Of a stretch of 64,000 nucleotides of DNA, positions 60,341 through 64,000 are shown piece by piece. The first letter of the stretch is position 1, and every line of letters starts with the position of its first letter. Below the pieces are notes generated by a model. That model was not told the origin of the DNA and made no database searches. It was given only the letters and a program-made list of their open reading frames with translations. Source of the DNA: Geosiphon pyriformis uo1 (Eukaryota > Fungi > Glomeromycota); contig JAAOMT010000276.1 of NCBI GenBank assembly GCA_016748015.1, forward strand, positions 310,001 to 374,000, written 5' to 3'. A program made the translations under genes and the position numbers.

Positions 60341-62279
60341 GAATGGTTTTAATTTATCGTACTGAATGGTAAAAAACTTCTTTTGAAAAAACTATAAACT
60401 CTTTTTTGGGATTTTTGGATGAAGGAGAGAAAGAAGTTTTTTTTGCTAATATTTGACAATATTATTATTTATAGCTTTAAGTTAGATAATTATATATAAT
60501 TTTTATAATTAATAATTATTTATTATATAAAATTAATTAATTCTAACTTAAAAATTTTAATATTATTAAAAACCATTTTAATTTTTATTAATTAATTTTT
60601 AAAAACAAATTTTTATATAAGACTAAGTATAAATTAATATTAAAAAGACTTAGAACTAATAATTAAAACATTATTAAAAATATTAAACTAGTATTAATTA
60701 GAAACTTTCAAAAAATAAATTATTTTTTTAACAATTTTTAATAAATAAACAAATCTAACCTACAAATAAAAACATAATTTAAGAATAATATATTTTTATA
60801 TCATATATATAATATATTTGAATATTTACTATTATATAAATGTTTTTTAATAATAATTAGTAATTTTTTATATAAAGCTTTTTTCAAATACATATATATA
60901 TTAACTATAAACTTGTTTATAAAACTAATAATCATATAAAAGTTAAGATGTTAAATTAAAACAGTAAACATTTATTAATATTATTAATAAGAAATTAATT
61001 TACAATTTTGGAGTTTAAATCAATATTTAAAAATGCTTAATTATCCAAAAAAATTATAATATTAAATAATACTAAAACATATTTAAATATTAAAACAATA
61101 ACTTATATCTTAGCTAAAATTAAATATAACAAACTATAAATTTTAATAACAATTTTCAAATTAACATCAAAAAAATAAGCTGTAATATCAAGATTTTAAA
61201 CAAAAAAACAGTTTGTAAACTAAAACAAATAAAAGCAAAAACATTAATATTTAATATACATATTTTAAAAAATTTTTTGACCAAATTATTATTTAAAACA
61301 AAATCTAAAATATAAGTAAATTATGAAAAAACTAATCGATTTTTTTTGTTTTTAATTTAGTTTTTAAAAAAAATTTAAACAATTTATATTTTAAATATTA
61401 TTATTAAAATAAAATATATTAAATTATTATATTTTAAATTATTAAGTTTGCAATAATTTTAAATTTAATTTTTTTTGTTATTATTGTGTTTTATAAAATA
61501 TTTTATAAAATATTTAATAAAATTATTATTATTAAATTAAGATTAATTAAATTTTAATAATATTTTATTATTTATTTAAATATATTACTTATAAAATTTA
61601 TAATATAATTAATTAAATTTATGTTTAATTTATTTAATTTTTCAGTTTTTATATTTTTAATTTAATAAATTTGTTTAAAAAAAACTTTTTTCTTTTTTTA
61701 TTCCAAATTTTTTAAAAAAATATTATTTTAATAAAAAAGTTCTTATTTTTTATTTTATTATTATTAACATTTATAAAACAGTAATTTTTTTATATTAAAC
61801 TTAATAATTAATATTAATAATATAATAATTAAAAAAAAATTATTTATGGCTTTATTAATAATATATTTACATAAAAACCAAAAGCTTGGCCAAAAAACAT
61901 TAAAAATTTAAAAAAATAAAAGATTTTTTAATAAATAATAATAATTGTAAAGCAAATAATAAAAATAAAATTTTATTAAATTTTTAGACAAATACTTTAA
62001 AAACAAAAAAAACAAAAATAAATAAAATGTCAGCTTTTTATTTGGTATTATTGATTTTAATATAAATAATAAAGAGATATATTTTTTATTTTTGTGTTTT
62101 ATTGTTTTAAAATTTAAGTAATTAAATTTTATGATAATTAAAAAAAAGTAAATATTCTTATTAAAAAATTCTTTGTTTTAAATATTAATTTTTTGGCTAT
62201 TAAGAAAAAAAATGCTATAACAAAAGTACAGATAATTAAAAATTTATTTTTAACTATAAATAGTTTTAAAAAAACCATT

Positions 62280-62630
62280 ATCTTTTTAAAACTTTTATAT
62301 TTAAGAAAAATTTAAAAAAACTATAACATTGGCTAAAAATAAGAATATTTTGGTAAATAGTAATCTTAAAAAACCAAAAGTTCATTTAAATTAGGTTGTA
62401 ATTGCTAAGAAAATTTTATAAATGTATTTATCAATTCAATCACAATTAATTGGGCTGTAACAGAAAACTATAATAGAGTTTGCCAAATTAGATTAGATTA
62501 ATTTTCTGGCTTTTAAATAATTCTTTTTAATTGGCAAGAATTCAATACATATAACTAAGATTATTAAGAATTGGGCCATCTAAAGACAAAGAAATAGATT
62601 TAGTGTTGTTATAACTAAAGATTTTAATTT
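62280..62630 (+). pseudogene. Decayed LINE ORF1 fragment
   Basis: SIQSQLIGL*QKTIIEFAKLD*INFLAFK*FFLIGKNSIHITK parallels ORF1 SIKIQLVGL*QKIIVELEDQIQADLLVAE*FILIGKNAVHVAR. Confidence 0.65.
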
Positions 62631-63366
62631 TTTTATTTAAATGTTATTAATGTTGTTTTTTTGTTTAATCTGTTGTTGATAGAAGCTGGTAGACCTTTGA
62701 TAAGCTAATTTATTTTCCTTCTAAGGTGAGAGCGAGATCCTTATTTTTATTGATAATGGATCTTAATCTCGCGTTCGTCCCTGGATCCCGTGTAATTGCC
62801 TATGGTTCCCAATGCGATTTTTTTATTCGTGCGACAATGTATGAGGATGAGCTCAATGTATTTAAGGTAAGTATTTTATTAGTTGAAGCTATTTTTACAG
62901 AGTTTATAAGAATTGAACTTTTTTTATATTTTTATGAAATATATAGGATAACAAGCGGCTCTTCGGTTTTTAGAGTGGGCTAAAAACCTTTCGGAACACC
63001 ATGAGCAGATCTGGGGATTGATGAATTTTTAACGACTTCTATGTTGGATATTAATGAAGATTCCGACGAACCGCACTGGTAATGTTTAATTGCATATACT
63101 GGGGCCATGTGTTATAATATCCAGTTGGATCATTGGGAATCAGATATACAAGCGCATGAATCGAACTGGGCGAGTGCGAAATTAAGATCCACCATCTAAT
63201 AAAATAAGAATCCCCGCCCTCAAAAAGTGTGTTTATCAAACAAATGCATCATTTCTATAAAACATGTGCTTGATCATGCCTACATTTACAATTCCGATCA
63301 TCATAGCAAAATTCTATAAATGCGCTACGAAATTTTAATTTTTTCTTCCAAGTTGTGATTATAGGA

Positions 63367-64000
63367 ATGGATGTTTTAACTTTAATAACGTTTCGCAAAT
63401 CAATCATGGTTCATTGGTTTCAGTTTGTGGTATTGATATGCCTGTTTTACCTTTTGAAACGGCAGGTCCCAAATGTAAATTTCTATGAGTTTGTCATGTT
63501 GACGTGTGCTAGTCTCCTTTTTTACCACCTTCTTTGTAAATATTTCTTTTCAAGAATGAAACACCAAACTATAAATGCCCATAAAATATATTTTTGTCGA
63601 ACCTTTCATTCGCGTTTTTTTCCAAGGCGTCATGCGTTTCAATATCCCATAATTTATGTTGGTGTGAATCTCGACGAACTGGAGCAAAAAAATTATATAT
63701 CTTCTGGCCAAGGTTCGAGTTGCCTAGCATACAAATGGTAAATATCAGATGTTGATGAAATTTTTTTAGATTATTTGAATCATAGCACCTTCTGAATTTG
63801 CATTGTACCTTCCCATCGTATCTGGGACCGTAACTACGGCCAAAATTTTCATTAAAGATTTATATTTTTATTGTCCAGGATTTTTGGATATAATCAGCGA
63901 GCTTTATTTAGCATAAGGGATGTTGATTATTTGGGTCAAGTTAGGTCAGGTGATAGTCAGAAAGGCTTTGAGAACACATCCTGTTTATCCGAAAGCATAA
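63367..64000 (+). CDS. DUF1365-family protein, 5' part (continues beyond the window)
   Basis: Exon 63367-63737, GT-AG intron 63738-63878, exon 2 from 63879. Motif TFHSRFFPRRHAFQYPIIYVGVNLDELE...W|IFGYNQRALFSIRDVDYLG is typical of DUF1365; there are N-terminal hydrophobic segments. Confidence 0.8.

Larger units (their letters stand above)
53738..60445 (-). mobile_element. Full-length LINE (ORF1 + APE-RT-RNase H-CCHC ORF2, poly(A)), decayed by point mutations
   Basis: Poly(A) appears as a T run at 53738-53746; 3' UTR 53747-53870; ORF2 and ORF1 as listed; pyrimidine-rich 5' UTR at about 60345-60445. Confidence 0.9.

Noticed and set aside
60450-62280. Organellar DNA insertion or centromere in the extremely AT-rich tracts (also 50250-50990 and 13800-14240)
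   Set aside because: No organellar genes or satellite period are visible. Adjacent tracts of similar composition are demonstrably decayed TEs, so fossil TE is the simpler explanation.

Overview
This is a eukaryotic (fungal) genomic window. Gene content and repeat style suggest Glomeromycotina/Mucoromycota; that is an inference, not a database result. The left 13.7 kb holds two divergent host genes: an intron-containing PX-PH-RhoGAP (BEM3-like, minus strand) and an intronless RPAP1/Rba50 (plus strand). From about 14 to 62.6 kb lies a nested transposon cluster decaying almost entirely by C>T/G>A changes. It contains two near-complete Ty3/Gypsy elements with paired LTRs and TSDs, inserted tail-to-tail 89 bp apart inside one old LINE. 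It also holds a third Gypsy remnant, solo LTRs, a pogo/Tigger DNA transposon whose TIRs enclose foreign gene fragments (including a decayed TilS exon), a full-length RNase H-bearing LINE, and an ORF1-only poly(A) element that shares that LINE's whole structured 3' UTR. The right end begins a DUF1365-family gene. Three observations stand out. (1) The Gypsy elements have an unusual, apparently tricistronic layout: gag-PR-[novel Cys-rich domain]-dUTPase-[dUTPase-like]-RT-RNaseH, then a stop, exactly 32 nt, an ATG-initiated integrase, and an extra ORF3. The 32-nt spacing is the same in two divergent families. (2) There is an ORF1-only 'half-LINE' partner system. (3) The pogo element carries cargo. 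Two 20-N scaffold gaps and a gap-flanking duplication are assembly artefacts. All alignments were made by eye.
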